Source: Flaccisagitta enflata
Taxonomy: Eukaryota
Reading direction: 5' to 3'
Length of the DNA: 64,000 nucleotides
Assembly (NCBI GenBank): GCA_965153355.1
Contig: OZ231126.1
Coordinates: 41,850,001-41,914,000 of the forward strand
Of the stretch, positions 1-12,857 are shown piece by piece. The notes beneath the pieces were generated by a model. That model did no database searches. It worked only from the letters and a program-made list of their open reading frames with translations, and was not told where the DNA came from. Made by a program: the position numbers and the translations under genes. The stretch's first letter is position 1, and every line of letters begins with the position of its first letter.

Positions 1-692
1 TACACTGAATGTATTTCTTTCCTTTTTTCCCTCTCTCTCTTTTTTTTTCTTTTCGTAAATCGATTTATTTTATATTTCCCTCTCTTTTTAGATGCGTCCT
101 CGCATCTCTACAGGGTCTTCAATCTCATTTGACACGAAAAGAACCTATATTGCGCAAAAACTAATCTACTATTTAGTGTGATTCTTTTTTCTCATAAAAG
201 CATTATGTATGACGTTTTTTCTATCAAAATTTCATGGGACTGTGTCTTGTAGTTTGGCAGAAATCCAAATTTGAAGTTATGCAGTGAATTCAACAAAAAA
301 GCTGTTTTCTTTTTACTTTTGGCTTAAAAAATATATAAAATTCAAAGTGCTTTGAACCACAGATGCTTTATTACAGTTAAGTGATAGATTCTAACACGCC
401 AAAGCAAAAAATAGGTCATATCATTTAACTTTAAATTTTAAGCAAAAACATTACAAATTTGGGCAAAATTCTTAAAAAAACTGTAACCAAGATAGTTTTT
501 TTCCAATGAAAAAGGAAATTGTTAAATATGATAAGATTTTGAAGGATTCTTTTCTAAAGATGAAAGGTCTAAACCTCAAAGTCAAAGAAATCCGCCTATC
601 TCATCATGACATCTTTAACTTTAAAATGGTATATCTCCCAAACTAATCGACCCAGTACCATGAAATTTGGACACAAAAAACGTCATATGTAG

Positions 693-1602
693 TGTTAGAA
701 ATGTATGTCCGTCCGTTTATTAAGTATGTGTGCTTTTGTTTCTTTTGCGTGCTTTTGGCTTTTCTTCTTTCTCTATTATTCAATGCCAGCGTCTTTTGTT
801 TCTCGCCATTTTTCATAATGAACGCTAGATGGGTAACCATATGGTTGCGCCTTGTATTTTGTGCCATTTGTTTTTATTACGTAGCCAAACGTACGTAACT
901 CGTCTTTCGTATCATCCAATTTTGGATTGATTGCTTTTATTTATTTACGGCATTGCTTCCTAAAGTGATTGATTGATTTTTCGTGATTGATTGAATGTGC
1001 CCTTGGAATTCACTAATTTCAATAATCTCTCATCTTTTTATTGCAGATAAACTTATGAACGGACAATTAAACGTTAGTTTGACTTCGACAGACTGTGGGT
1101 TGAAACCAACGAAAGTGGGCCTAAAAGTAAGTTTATAGACGCGTCTTTGCTTTTATTAACGTTGTTTTTATCTTGTCTTCCGGTCTGTTATTCTTGTCTT
1201 TTGCATTTTTGCATTTTTATCGCCGGTTTTAGTATGGTTTTTATCGCTTGTCGATCAGCTTACTATGGGGATGATATGGATGAATTTAATGGGATAGGCC
1301 GGGGCAGGGGCAGGTATTATCAGGTGGCATAGATTTGGAAGAAGATGAACATGTTGTCATGTGCTGTTTCTGTCCTTTATTGTGTCCTGTCTCGATTTCA
1401 TGTTATCTTTTGCGTTTGCTGATCACCATTAACGCCCACTTTCCCTTTCATTTTTCCCCTTCTCTTCAGTTGTTGAAATTTTTATGGAATAAACGAGACG
1501 ATCGCCTTCCTATTTTCCAATCGGCCAACTTTCTTTCACCACAAGTCGTCAGTCAGATAGACGCTCATAGACAGTGCCAGTTGAAACTCGTGGGCGTAAT
1601 CA
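693..1602 (+). repeat. 5' LTR of BEL/Pao element
   Basis: Near-identical to 12858-13768. Starts TG, ends ...GGGCGTAATCA. AATAAA near 1488. Confidence 0.93.
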
Positions 1603-1668
1603 TATTTCAACAATTTAAAAAACGACTCGACTCTTTCCATCTTCGACCTCCGAAAACGAAATTGGACA

Positions 1669-4600
1669 ATGGCAGCCGCGCGCAACGACGACACCGTCTC
1701 GACCGCTTCAACGTCATCTCGTGTATCTCACTTCGGTTTGAATCAGTGTCCGAGGTCGAATCGTTTGCGCGCAATGAGGAACGACATTACTGCGGAAATG
1801 GAAGGATGCCGGCGCCTTTTCGACGCCGTTTCTACTTGCACCGAAGGAACGAATGACTTCGACGACGCCGCCTGTGAATCAGATGGCGCTCGACACGGCC
1901 TTCGGGATATGGTTTACGACTTCATATCGTATGCAAGGCAAATGGCGCTCGACTCGATGCCCGGCGACCCTCTTCGATTCGCGGCGTCTACTTTGCGTCG
2001 AATCCGGCGCGAATGGGACTCCATGCGTTTCTTTGATCGTGAGAACTATCCAGAGGGTTTTCCTTCCAACGCCGACATCGTGAACGCAGTGCACAACGAC
2101 ATCGGGAATCGCAAAAGACCCGTCAATGAATTCTCGCGGAACAGTCTTCCAACTGACACTCACGCCGCCCGTGACAATGTTACCGCTCCGACTCCAGGAT
2201 GCGAGCATTTCGCCAAACTCCCGACGGATCCGAGTATCTACCACTTCCGGTCGCGACATGGTGCGCAATCTCCAACTGGCGGCCAATTTTAAATCTGCCG
2301 CCGATCCAAAGAGGAGATGCCGTCAATCAATGGGTATCAGATTTGGTCTCGGAAATTGAACCTGCGCGTGCGTCTCCGATGGAGCAAGCTGACGACATGC
2401 TTGCGGATCTCGACGACGCCGCGCTCTTGCAAGAGGTCGTGGGATCATCACGGCAGTTGGCGCCGCAGGAGAGGGCGAGGCGGCGCTTCGTCAACAGGAG
2501 TGCTGAGAGACAGATGGGGTAGGCAGTTGGAGGAGGAAATGCGACAAGGCCGTCGGCTGATTGACGATATGCAGCAGCAACAACGGGAGGAGGAGCAGCG
2601 ACAGCAACAGGAGCAACAGCAGCAGCATCAATCGCAGATGCAGCAGCAGCAACTCCAACAGCAACGTCAACTCCACCGACCACAGGAGCAGCAGCAAACG
2701 ACGGCTCAACGGCAGCAGCAACAGCTGCAGCAGCAGCAGTTGCAGCAACTCCAACAATTTTGTCAGCAAGATCAACAACAGCATCAGATCCTGCAGCCGG
2801 CGCCACAACCTGTGGCTCAACAACAGCAACAACACGATCAACAGCAGCAACAGCAATAACAACAAGAACTGCGACAACATCAAACGGCAATGCAGCCGCA
2901 TGAACAACAACAACAGCGGCAAAACGATGCAGGAGAACATATGCAACAGCAACTGCAGCAGCAACAGCAACCTTCCGCCGCGATCCCAGCGGTGGTAGTG
3001 GATCCTCCAGCTTCAAATAACCATCCTGTCGAAAGCATGAATGTCAGTGAGGAGACAGAAGAAGAGAGACAGCAACGCCTTGCAGATCAACGTCTGCGCA
3101 TGATGGCTGAAGGTGAAGGTGGTGGTGCAGCAACAGCTCCAAAGGCGCCGATCGCGGTGCCATTGGGATTCCAACAGCGAAGCTCATCACAAGAAGACAA
3201 AGAGTTATACGACAGAATGTGTAACTTTCGCCAGCAGCAGCAACGAGATGAAGATAGAAGAGCAGGAGTATTCAACAATGCGGCAGAAATGCAACGGAAA
3301 GCACTGGAATAGCCTGAACGACGGCGGCATTGGTGGAGCTTTAGAGCAGCGGGATGTGAAGCTTAGACAACTGTCTGAGCTGGACCAGCAGCAGCCGCAG
3401 CATCCGCCAAAAGACCGTCGATCTATCTTCAGAAATTTCAATCCGGGATTGTTCAATTCGAACGTACAGCAACGTCATGTGCAGTCAGTGGAAACGTCCG
3501 TCAAGCAGCCGATGCAGCAGCAGCAACAGTTGGAGCAGCAGCAGCAGCAAGGACAGCGTCAGCGTCAACTGCGGCAGCAGAATGAACAGCAACAGCGTCC
3601 TGACCAGCAACAGCAGCTTCAACATCAACAGTGGCAGCAGCAACGGCTTCAACAACAACAACAGCATCAGGTTCAGCATCACCAAACCCCAGCAGCAACG
3701 ATTCTCCCTACCGCACCGGAAGTGATCTTCGAGAAGCAGATTGGTTCTGCTAGAAGGGAGACTGGTCTTCCCCTCAAGAGAGAAGGTCTTCAACACAGCC
3801 GGAAGCGGAGGTGATGCAATGGAGGCGATGCAGGAAGCAGAAGCAGGAAGGCGCTGACGAAAGTTGGCACAACAGCTGCAAGATAAAGAGAGAAGAAAAG
3901 TCGCTCCTAAGAAGACAATGAATGGATTGTGGCCGAAGGCGCCGAAAGTAGCGCAAGCGCCTCTATAACGCCTCAAGCGGAAGTCATCCAGCAGAATCAA
4001 CGTTTGCAGCAAGAAGTGGATAGTTTGAGATGCAGATTCAGCAGAGGACTTGACCTTGCCGCAGCGAGCAGAAAGAGAGACAACGTAAAGAAGAACAACA
4101 CCAGCGCAGTACATCCGCCAAGATTTTGATTATCGATTCATCAAGATGATCGTCAACAACAGATGAATCAGCAAGAAGAAGTTGGGTGGAGTGTTAAAAC
4201 CACCAAAAAGAGATCTCCGGTAAAAGTCGGGGGTCAATACGCATTTACCCAACAAACCCCAGCATATCATCAAGTGGAGCATCATCAAGTGGCTCGCCAA
4301 CCGGAAGTCCACGTTCAGATGCCCAACAATCCGGCTCTGGACATGTTTTTGGAAAGAGCGGCGTACAACGATCTCATGCGAGCAAGGGAGGTCGGCCTCA
4401 AAGCGTTGGAGAGAGCAAGACCCGAGAAGCCTCTGCAGGAGCTTTCATCCACCGACTTCATGATGTGGAAGAGGAAGTTCAAAGATGCTGAGAAGCATGA
4501 AGGCTTGACGCAAATGGACATCTTATTGGAATTGCCTAAGTGGTTTGCTGGTCCGGCAAAAGAGATCATTGAAACTGCGACGATTGATGCAACTGAAGCG

Positions 4601-5447
4601 ACAGCAAGAGATTGACGACGCCTTCGCAAAAATGGACGTCGTCTTTATGGCAAGGCGCTGCAACATTGCGGCGCTGTTCAACGAAATCGTCGCGGAGGCG
4701 AAGATCCAGTCGGCCGACCATGCAAGGCATTTCAATTTGTCTGCAAGGTTGCAAAAGGCAAAGAAGATTGCGAGGACCTGTGGAGAAGTGCAACAATGCT
4801 ATCGTGACGAGCTGCTGCAGGAAATCCTCAATAAGAGGGTCCCTCATCTTGCAGATAAATTCTGGGAAAAGCAACATGAAGCAGCCCAAAATGGACAATT
4901 ATTTTCATTCGACAACTTGGTCAACATGATCGAGACATGGGCGGTGATTCAGCGCAACAAAGGCGCAAGCTGCAAAACAGCATCAGTGGCAGCAGTCGCA
5001 ACTACAGAAAAAGAAGCGCCATCATCATATGGGGATGCTTTGACCAATGGCAAGCAAAAGATGCAGTCGACGGACCGCTGCAACGTCTGCAGTGGAATGC
5101 ATCAAACAGAAGAGTGTCATCAGCTGTTAGAGTTGGAAGTGGACGCGAGAGTTCAAAAGATCATGTCTCGTCGTCTGTGCTTCCACTGCCTCTCGCCAGG
5201 ACACAACGCCAAAGGATGCGCGAACAGACCAACTTGCCAGATCTGCAAGAAGCGGCATGCCACGATTCTCCACGGGCGCACCTACAAGAAAGAAGAAAAG
5301 GAAGAGAAGAAAGGAGAGAATAAGCAGGGAAATAAAATATTGGCTCCTTCAACAAGTCAGAGGATGCGGCTGCACGCCATAACAGCTCCGTCGACGGCGG
5401 AGACAGCCAATCCTACGGAAGTGATCTCTTCTAACGTCACGGCATGA
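1669..5447 (+). pseudogene. gag: BEL/Pao gag region, frameshifted, with long glutamine-rich N-terminal part and triple Zn knuckle
   Basis: Chain of overlapping + ORFs (1669-2292, 2317-2859, 2890-3312, 3113-3814, 4163-4615, 4545-5447). The last has CNVCSGMHQTEEC, CFHCLSPGHNAKGC and CQICKKRHATILH, the characteristic BEL/Pao three-knuckle array. Assignment of the upstream Q-rich part to gag is inferred from position. Confidence 0.85.
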
Positions 5448-8400
5448 CTGGCGGCGACGGCAACGTCGCGGTCCGTCTCTTCATTCGACGACGTTGTCCG
5501 TCCGATTGTTCCAGTGACTATCATAAACAATTCTTCGGGTGCAGGGCGGACTACGCTATGATCGACTCAGGCGCTGATCGCGACGTGATCAGTACCAATG
5601 TCATTCGCAGTCTTCTGATTCCAACCAACAAAACAGTGCAAATGACGGTGATTACTGTGGGAAGTCATGTTGTTGAGGATCGTTTCATCGCATCATTCAC
5701 TATGCAATGGTGACGAGAATATGTAAGTAACGTCAATGCATTGGTGGGTGATTTGTTAGCAGTGAACACATTCCTCCTTTTCTCCGCGACCTATCTGACC
5801 AACCTCACATCGAAGGCATACAATTTCCAGAAGCTGAAGGCGGGGTGATGATGATCATCGGAGCGGCGCATGCGGATGCCGCCGTCGCTCAAGAAATCCG
5901 TCGAGGGCCTTCAGGATCTTTGACTTGCTTCAGATGTCTATTCGGTTGGACTGTATGTGGAAAAACGGGCAAGAGAGGACGAGATATTACGTCGATCAAC
6001 GCTATCGCGACGGATGACCGCGTCCTCAACGATAACATCGATCGCATCCTCGACAATCGCGTCCTCAACAGCACATTGACCGCATCTTCTACCATGACTT
6101 TGCATCATCAATCGTCTCGCAAGAGGAGTTGGGCGATTCCCTTGAGAAATGTCAGAGCGTGCAAAGTGTTAGAGGAAAAGACATATTTTTGCCCAATTGT
6201 GAAAAAATACTTTGCTCCCGTCACATGGAAATTTCATCACGAAAAAATCATGGAAATTCTGAGAAGAGTGAAATCACGACCGACTGCGATGAAGCGGCTC
6301 GGTAACCAACGTTTTCGCTTCAAGCGTGATCCAGCCTTCAAAGAAAGAGTCTTCCGTGAAATCGAGAAGTTTTACGAGACGGGAGTGGCGATTGAGATTG
6401 ACAGCGTCGACGACGCCGACGGCATTGAGAAGCCGCGCTGGTACTTGCCGCTTCATATTGTTGAATTGCGCTGCAAAACGCAAATATGTCACGATGCGCG
6501 TGCGGCGACCGACGGGATCTCACTCAATGATTTGCTCGTCGGAGGTCCAAACTTGATGAACAGCTTGATGGACATCCTCATGCGTTTTCGTCAGTGGAAG
6601 ATCGCCTTTATGTGTGATATAAAGGCGTTCTTCCACCAGATCCGCGTCCATCCTGACGACGCTGATCTGTTCAGATTCTTTTGGTTCAAAGACCGTACTC
6701 TACGAGAAGCCATTTTGAATCTGTTCTTATCACATATCTTCGGCAGCCAATCCAGCTCATTCGTCACGTCTTTCACCGTCAGAAAGCATGCTGAAGTAAT
6801 CCGGCCCAAATATCCCCACATCTACGATCTTATTAGCTTCGGCTTCTACGTCGACGACGGAAGTGGAGGTGGGGATTCGGTCGGTAGCACTGCAGTTGAA
6901 GGTGGATGCAGTGGCAGCGATAGCTGAAAGTGGATGGATCTTGTGGTGGAAAGAAATGTCTTAGCGGCAATTGATGGATGGAGATCCGAGCGTACCAGGT
7001 TCCCCGCCTCAGTCAGCAAGATGATGCGCCGGCCCAGTGTTGGGAAGTCTCTGCTGGCTTCCGGCGGAAGAAGCGTCTTCCATCTTCATCTGCGGCAAAG
7101 GGAATTCAAAGCTCTTAGAAGCAAAACTTCCTAATCAATTGAATATATACAGCTAAACTTTATGATCCATTGGGATTTTGGAGTCTAAGCGCATGCATCG
7201 AGAGACGACATCTTCAACTCTGTCGTCCACAGGAGGTGGGATAGGATTCGCCTTGGAAGAGAAGATGAAGTCCTTCTTCCGCTACTTCATCTTGGCCTCT
7301 TCTACAACAATATCGGGTGACCATGGTGGAATGGCGGCGTCGACAACAGTGACATTATGGAAATGTAGTGGGATCTTGTTTGCGATGGCTCCAAAGCGCG
7401 GATGTGGAACGATTGCATAAATAAGTCAATGAGATGGAGGAATGTTCACATTTCATTCATGCGCCTCAAATCCCGTCATTCCATGTCCCCCAACGTGCTT
7501 CTCCTGCAACAGCGTTCCACCAGCGTCGGGAATTGTATCCGCAGAAAAAGCAGTGCAGCTCAAACGCGCCGTCGGAAGGACCATCGAGTGGGACAATCTT
7601 GTAATCAGATTTTGGTCTGACACTGAATCTGCACTGAAGATGATTTACAATCCGGCGAAGCCGAGGCCTGTATTTTTCGCCAATCGTCTCTCCAGGATCC
7701 ATAGCGGGTCTGATCCTCAACAGTGGCGCTGGGATTGATGAAGCAACCGGCGGACCACTGCAGCAGAAGACATCTGGACCCAGCAGAAGCCAGCAAAAAA
7801 TGGCGTCAATTCCATCACGGTCCTGCATTTTTGCGTCTTCCCGAGTCAATGGCCAAAACTGAACATGCGCGTGCCTATTTCCTGCACTGAAATGTGCACA
7901 TTGTATGTGGCTGAAAGTGAAAAAAGGCGAACAAGTGGCTGACGCGATACTTCTTGCAGCAGCTTCTCGGGAAAATGGATGCATAAGTTGCGGATCATCG
8001 GCATGGTTCTTATCGCAGTCAAAAGGTGGAGAGCGTATCCAAGGGCGAACACGAGCAGCAAAAGGATCTCCTTCCTAAACCGGAAGTGACGCATGCGTTT
8101 TGGAGGCGCGCCAGCGGCTTCGTCAAGTCAATCTGTGGCATCATTATTCGGACGTCTTCGAACAATTGGAGTTGGGAAAAGTCTTTAAACCAGAAAGCCG
8201 TCATGACTTCATCATAAAAAATAAGGAGATCCGGAGGCTGAATCCTTTAGTTGACGGCGACGGTATCGTTCGCGTCGACATCCGATTCGAAAACGCCGAC
8301 ATCGCACATGACGCTAAGTTTCCCTTCATCCTGCCGCCAAAAGACGAGAATGTGAAATCATTAATTCGCCATTATCATTACAATGATTTTCACGCGGGTG

Positions 8401-9463
8401 CAAAGCTTGCATTGTGCCAATTACAACTTTTTATGTGGATTACAGAAGGTCTTCAGGCTGTCAAGAGCGTCGTCAACACGTACTTCAGATGCCAGAAGAA
8501 CTTTAAAAAGAACGCAAATCAGCAAGTGGCCAATCTTCCATCAAATCGCGTCAATCCTGCGCCTGTCTTTGCAGAGACTGGATTGGATGTCATGGGGCAT
8601 TTCCAGTTCAAGATGATTGGGCATGCTGATCACAAGGTGTGGATCGCAGTGTTCATATGTTTTGTCTCTGCGTTATAGGTGCTCTTCCAACATGTCAGCC
8701 GATCTGTTCAGACACACCAAATCACAATCATCAGCCTTCTGCTTGGCGCCCAGGGAATCCATGGACTCACTTCAGATTGCGGGAAATCAGACCAAGCCAG
8801 CTCAATATCATAAGGAAGAAATGGAAACAGACAGCTAAGTCAGCTCCCACCGGGTGCAGCGGCAGCGCCGGGTGGGATTTCATCTAGCAAAAAACACTAC
8901 TATGGAGAGGGTGACAGGAGAAAATGAATCGCTCTCTTTAGCGCCATCTTGCTTTATCTGCGACTGGCGCCATCCCCATCCACGTCGGCCTTCAACACGT
9001 TGTCGAAGTTGGAATTCTCAATCGCCGTCCTCTGACAGCGCTTAGCGATGATCCAAATGACTCTGAGGCCCTCACACCGAATCATATCCTCAGTCCATCG
9101 ACATCCGGTCAAGCCCCTCTAGATCTGGTGCAGCAAGGCGTCCCCTCCGACGCCGCCCCCGAAAAGATTCAATGGAGGCGTGCGCAATTGCGTGTGGATG
9201 CATTTTGGAAATCGTGGAGGGTCGAATATTTGTCGCTTCTTCACGCGCGAAGCAAATGGTCGAGATCCGAGAAAGACTTTGCGGTGGATGACATGGTCGT
9301 CGTCATAGACGACACGCTGCCTCGTCACTGGTGGAGTTTAGGACGTGTCATGGGAGTCGAGGGATCATCAGCCCATGTCCGGAGGGCTCACATCCGGCGC
9401 CAAGATGGAAAGATCGTGACAAAAGACAGCACGAAGCTCGTCCGGCTCGGATTGGACTCATAA
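5444..9463 (+). pseudogene. pol: BEL/Pao pol region (aspartic protease, RT, RNase H, integrase), disrupted by many frameshifts and stops
   Basis: Protease YAMIDSGAD (~5550). RT motifs WYLPLH, ICHDA, DIKAFFHQI and FYVDD (ORF 5845-6927). RNase H-type FWSDTESAL and FFANRLSRI (ORF 7442-7738). Integrase HYHYNDFHAG and PVFAETGLDVMG (ORF 8100-8678). C-terminal FWKSWRVEYL...WSLGRV (ORF 9128-9463). Confidence 0.92.
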
Positions 9464-9744
9464 AAAACGCTAAGTTTTGAGAGAGAAAGAAAAAGTAGCA
9501 TGGGCCTGTCCATTAGTAACATAGATATTAGTGATTGAAACTCTGACTTGTTGTATTTACAAAGAGTTGTTGTTATTCATGTTTGGTTCTGGTCATCCAT
9601 TCTTTCATCTTTCCTCTTATCAATTATGTTGTCCATTTCCACTACATCAAAACACTGATTCATTCGCTCTGTCTATATGTACATATTATTTGTGCCACAA
9701 AATCCGTTCTTACCATTATCAGTTCTCCAATACGAACATTTCAG

Positions 9745-12037
9745 CTTCCTTTGGCAGCGTCATTGCATCTCACAGTCAGTTCGCATCTTAAGAAGTCGCT
9801 CGTGGAGTCAAGATGTCCACGTCAACAGATCTCAGCCAGAGGCCGACGTGTCGGCAATCGTGGGATTCCCTTGGATCTTCATCGACTCTTCAACGACGGC
9901 TCGGCGAGAAGGATCTGCATCCACGACGTCGTTCGGGGCGGAGGAGGAGGCTGTCGCGCTGGCAGCCTTCAGTAGCGACCGTTAATCGTCGGCCCAAAAA
10001 TGAAGAAAAGCGTCAGCAACAAGACGATGCGTTGGAAAATCGTCAACAGCCATCCAGCCGTTGATCCCGTCCTTCCTCCATTGGTGGTCATCAGAGATGG
10101 AGGTTCGAGGCGGATCTCGATCAATCGGCCGCCGACGGACTTATCCACCACTTCCGTGGCGGCGTCGTCATCATTGGATTTGCCCCCATCGCCTCTCCAA
10201 TTCTGCCTGATTTCGTCGCCCAGCGTCTCGTGATCAAGCGTCTGCAGCTGCACGTCAACGCAGCGGGGGCGAAGAGAAGAGAAATCGGTCAATGATGGAG
10301 CAAGAGTGGAGGAGGAGGGGATGGAACAGAGGAGGAGGTGTTGGTGAATGGGGAGGCGGTGGAGAAAGACATTGACCCGGAAGTGGACACTGCGCTGGAA
10401 GAGAAGCACCAACGGATGCAGGCGCGTTGGTGGTATCGTATCATCAGTCCGGACGTCGGAGTATCTCTCCTCTTCGAAGAGTTTGAAAAACTTTCAGTGT
10501 GCTGCAATAACAAACTCTCATGCGCTCATCGCTAATCAAACAGAGCTTAGCTCGGAGACTCTGGAGCGTAAATCCAAAGTAACAAAAGAAGGAGGGAGCA
10601 TGATAAGGAGGTTCGTCGCATGGTCCAAGAAGCGAAGAGGAAGAATGCGCTCCGAAGCCTCCTGATGCAGCTGCAAATCTGCAGCACTTCCGTCGGCGCT
10701 TTCGCAACTCCACCAGCGGTGTTGTGCTCGACGCAGCCGTGGCTACATCAGCGGCAATTCACTCTACAGCATCAGGAAGTCGTCAATCGCGCCCTGGATT
10801 GGTTCATCCCCCAAATCAGCAGCAACAGGGTCCTCGTGACATCACTCCCTCACAGCAATCGAAGAGATCACGTCGGGAAAGACTCCATGTCGCGCAATGT
10901 GTCGAGTCAACAAAAAGGGCCAGATCCCAAAAGCAAAGGCCCCCTTCACTTGTCTCGGCGCGCCCCTGCAGCAACAACGCCAAAGGCCAGGAGAAGCTTA
11001 GTGGTTCGTCGAACGGCAGCGTTGGCAGCAACCCAGAAGCTGAATCAGGCGCCTGGGGCAGCTGCAGCAAAGGAGACCAAGAGGCAGGAAGAAGCATAAA
11101 GCAGCAACCAAGGGAGGTTCTACTTGCGGTGCTTCGGCGTCCGCTGTTAAACCTCAAGTCTCTGGTCAGCAGACGGAGCGTCTTCCTTTCACCACTGGCA
11201 AAAGCATGCGGTGAAGCGAACTAGTTGGCGGTGCTTCAGCATCTGTTAAAGCTGGTGTAGCGCCGCGTCAGCAAACAGAGTCTGCCCAAGGTTGCAGCAA
11301 GTGCAAAACAAGCATCCGTCGGATCCAGCCTTTGGTCCTGCGCATGGACACCACATCGCGAGTCATTGCTGAAGCCTCTTCACTGACCTCAAATGCTCCA
11401 TTGGGTGTGGTGAAGAATTTATCAAGGCTTAAAGACTTCTTGTGTCCTTCCTCACAGAGTTGGCAATGTCAGTCTTAGGAGAGGATTCGTGAAATATCCA
11501 AAAGGAGAGAGACGATGCTCGTCAAGCAGCAATGTCTGCGGACAATGAGGTGGTCAAAGCAATAAGCGAGTCGTGGAACTGGAGAAGCAGCTTGAAAAGG
11601 AGAAGCAGGCCTGTGCGATGAAGGCTAAGAAGAAAGAGGAAGCTGTGGAACGCGCAAAGGCCCTATGGGCACGTCGAATTCACAACAAGTCCGCTGTGCG
11701 TCAAATTTCGCCTGGCCATGGTGCGATGCAGCATCTCCACCTCCAGCGTCTTCTCCTGCAGAAAAAGTCGGTCAGCAGATCCTGTCGCAAAAAGACGCTC
11801 CCAAGCCTGGAAATAAGAAAAATCGAACCAGGCCTTGGAAAAATCAGACCGCCAGTTACATTGGTGGTGCCACGCCCAGTTGCTGTTCATTTAACTACCA
11901 ATTTGCAACATGGCGTGAGAGCGCCGCCATTACGCTGAGGATCGTCTTCCACCATCACATCCTCATCCCATCGATGGACAGGCCGGCCTAGTCGGGGCGC
12001 TCCGTGGGAATGACGTCCGCCCGGGGCCTGGCGCCCC
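9745..12037 (+). other. Unidentified GC-rich coding-like region 3' of integrase inside the LTR element (fragmented accessory ORF)
   Basis: Overlapping + ORF fragments (10338-10535, 10620-11099, 11573-11938, 11665-11991) with charged, coiled-coil-like, Ala/Pro-rich and basic stretches. Bounded by AT-rich blocks. No family motif recognised. Confidence 0.45.
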
Positions 12038-12857
12038 GTAAGTATCATGGTTTGGGAAGGGTTGAAGTTGAGTTTTTGTGGTAAATTTGAATCTGTGTAC
12101 GATAAGAACTTTACTAATCAATCTGCCCCTCTTCTTTCTCTTTCTTTTTCTTCCCTTCGGGGAGGATACATTCTCAGACGGCTGCACCACCTGCGCCTTT
12201 CGATGCGGTCGCCGTTGACGACATTTTCATCGCCTTTCGCCCGGACTGACGAGATGTTGGAGCCTCCGGATGACCCGCTCGTCTCTAATGGAGAAGGCGC
12301 AGGTGATGGTCGTTCCATGATGCTTACTCATTTTTTTTCCCTTACAGATTCGTTTTTATGTATAGTTAGTAACTTATTTTTCTTGTTTTGTTTAGTTCTT
12401 TGGAACATGCACATTTTGTTGTGTTTGTTTTTAGACATGGTTTTTAGTCATTATTACGAATACTTTACGTATGACAATAGTATGTTACAATGATTCTTAC
12501 TGTCTCCACTCAAGTCCCAGGCTTGGAGTGCTCCAGGCTCCCTTCCCCTTCCCCCCCTTTAACTTTTTCAGAACGGGCGCCTCCAACCTCGTCGCCTGTC
12601 TCCATCCAGCCATCGTTGATCGTCGAAAAATTGCTGGTGGTGGATCCTTTCCGGACAGAATCATCATTCGTGCAGTCGTGGATCTGTTGATAGATAGGGT
12701 GAAGGTGGGATGAAGCGGTGGACGAGGAGGGGCGGGGGTTGTGTCTATGTAAATTTTTTTTTAAGGAAGGTAGTATCGGTTTTTTAGTAGGGTTTCCCCG
12801 ACTGGAAACTAGATGTCGGATTTTTGAAATTCGTGAAATTCCAAAAATGGGGCAGAA

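Noticed and set aside
643-1856. Small hydrophobic ORFs repeated at 12784-13812
   Set aside because: They come from T-rich LTR sequence and are duplicated only because the LTR is.
2317-4114. Host polyQ transcription factor, or poly-Leu/Val membrane proteins on the - strand
   Set aside because: The region lies between the LTRs upstream of the gag knuckles. The - strand ORFs are shadows of CAG/CAA tracts.
9583-12713. env gene in the LTR element
   Set aside because: No signal peptide, Cys-rich ectodomain or convincing TM anchor in the fragments. Left as an unidentified accessory region.
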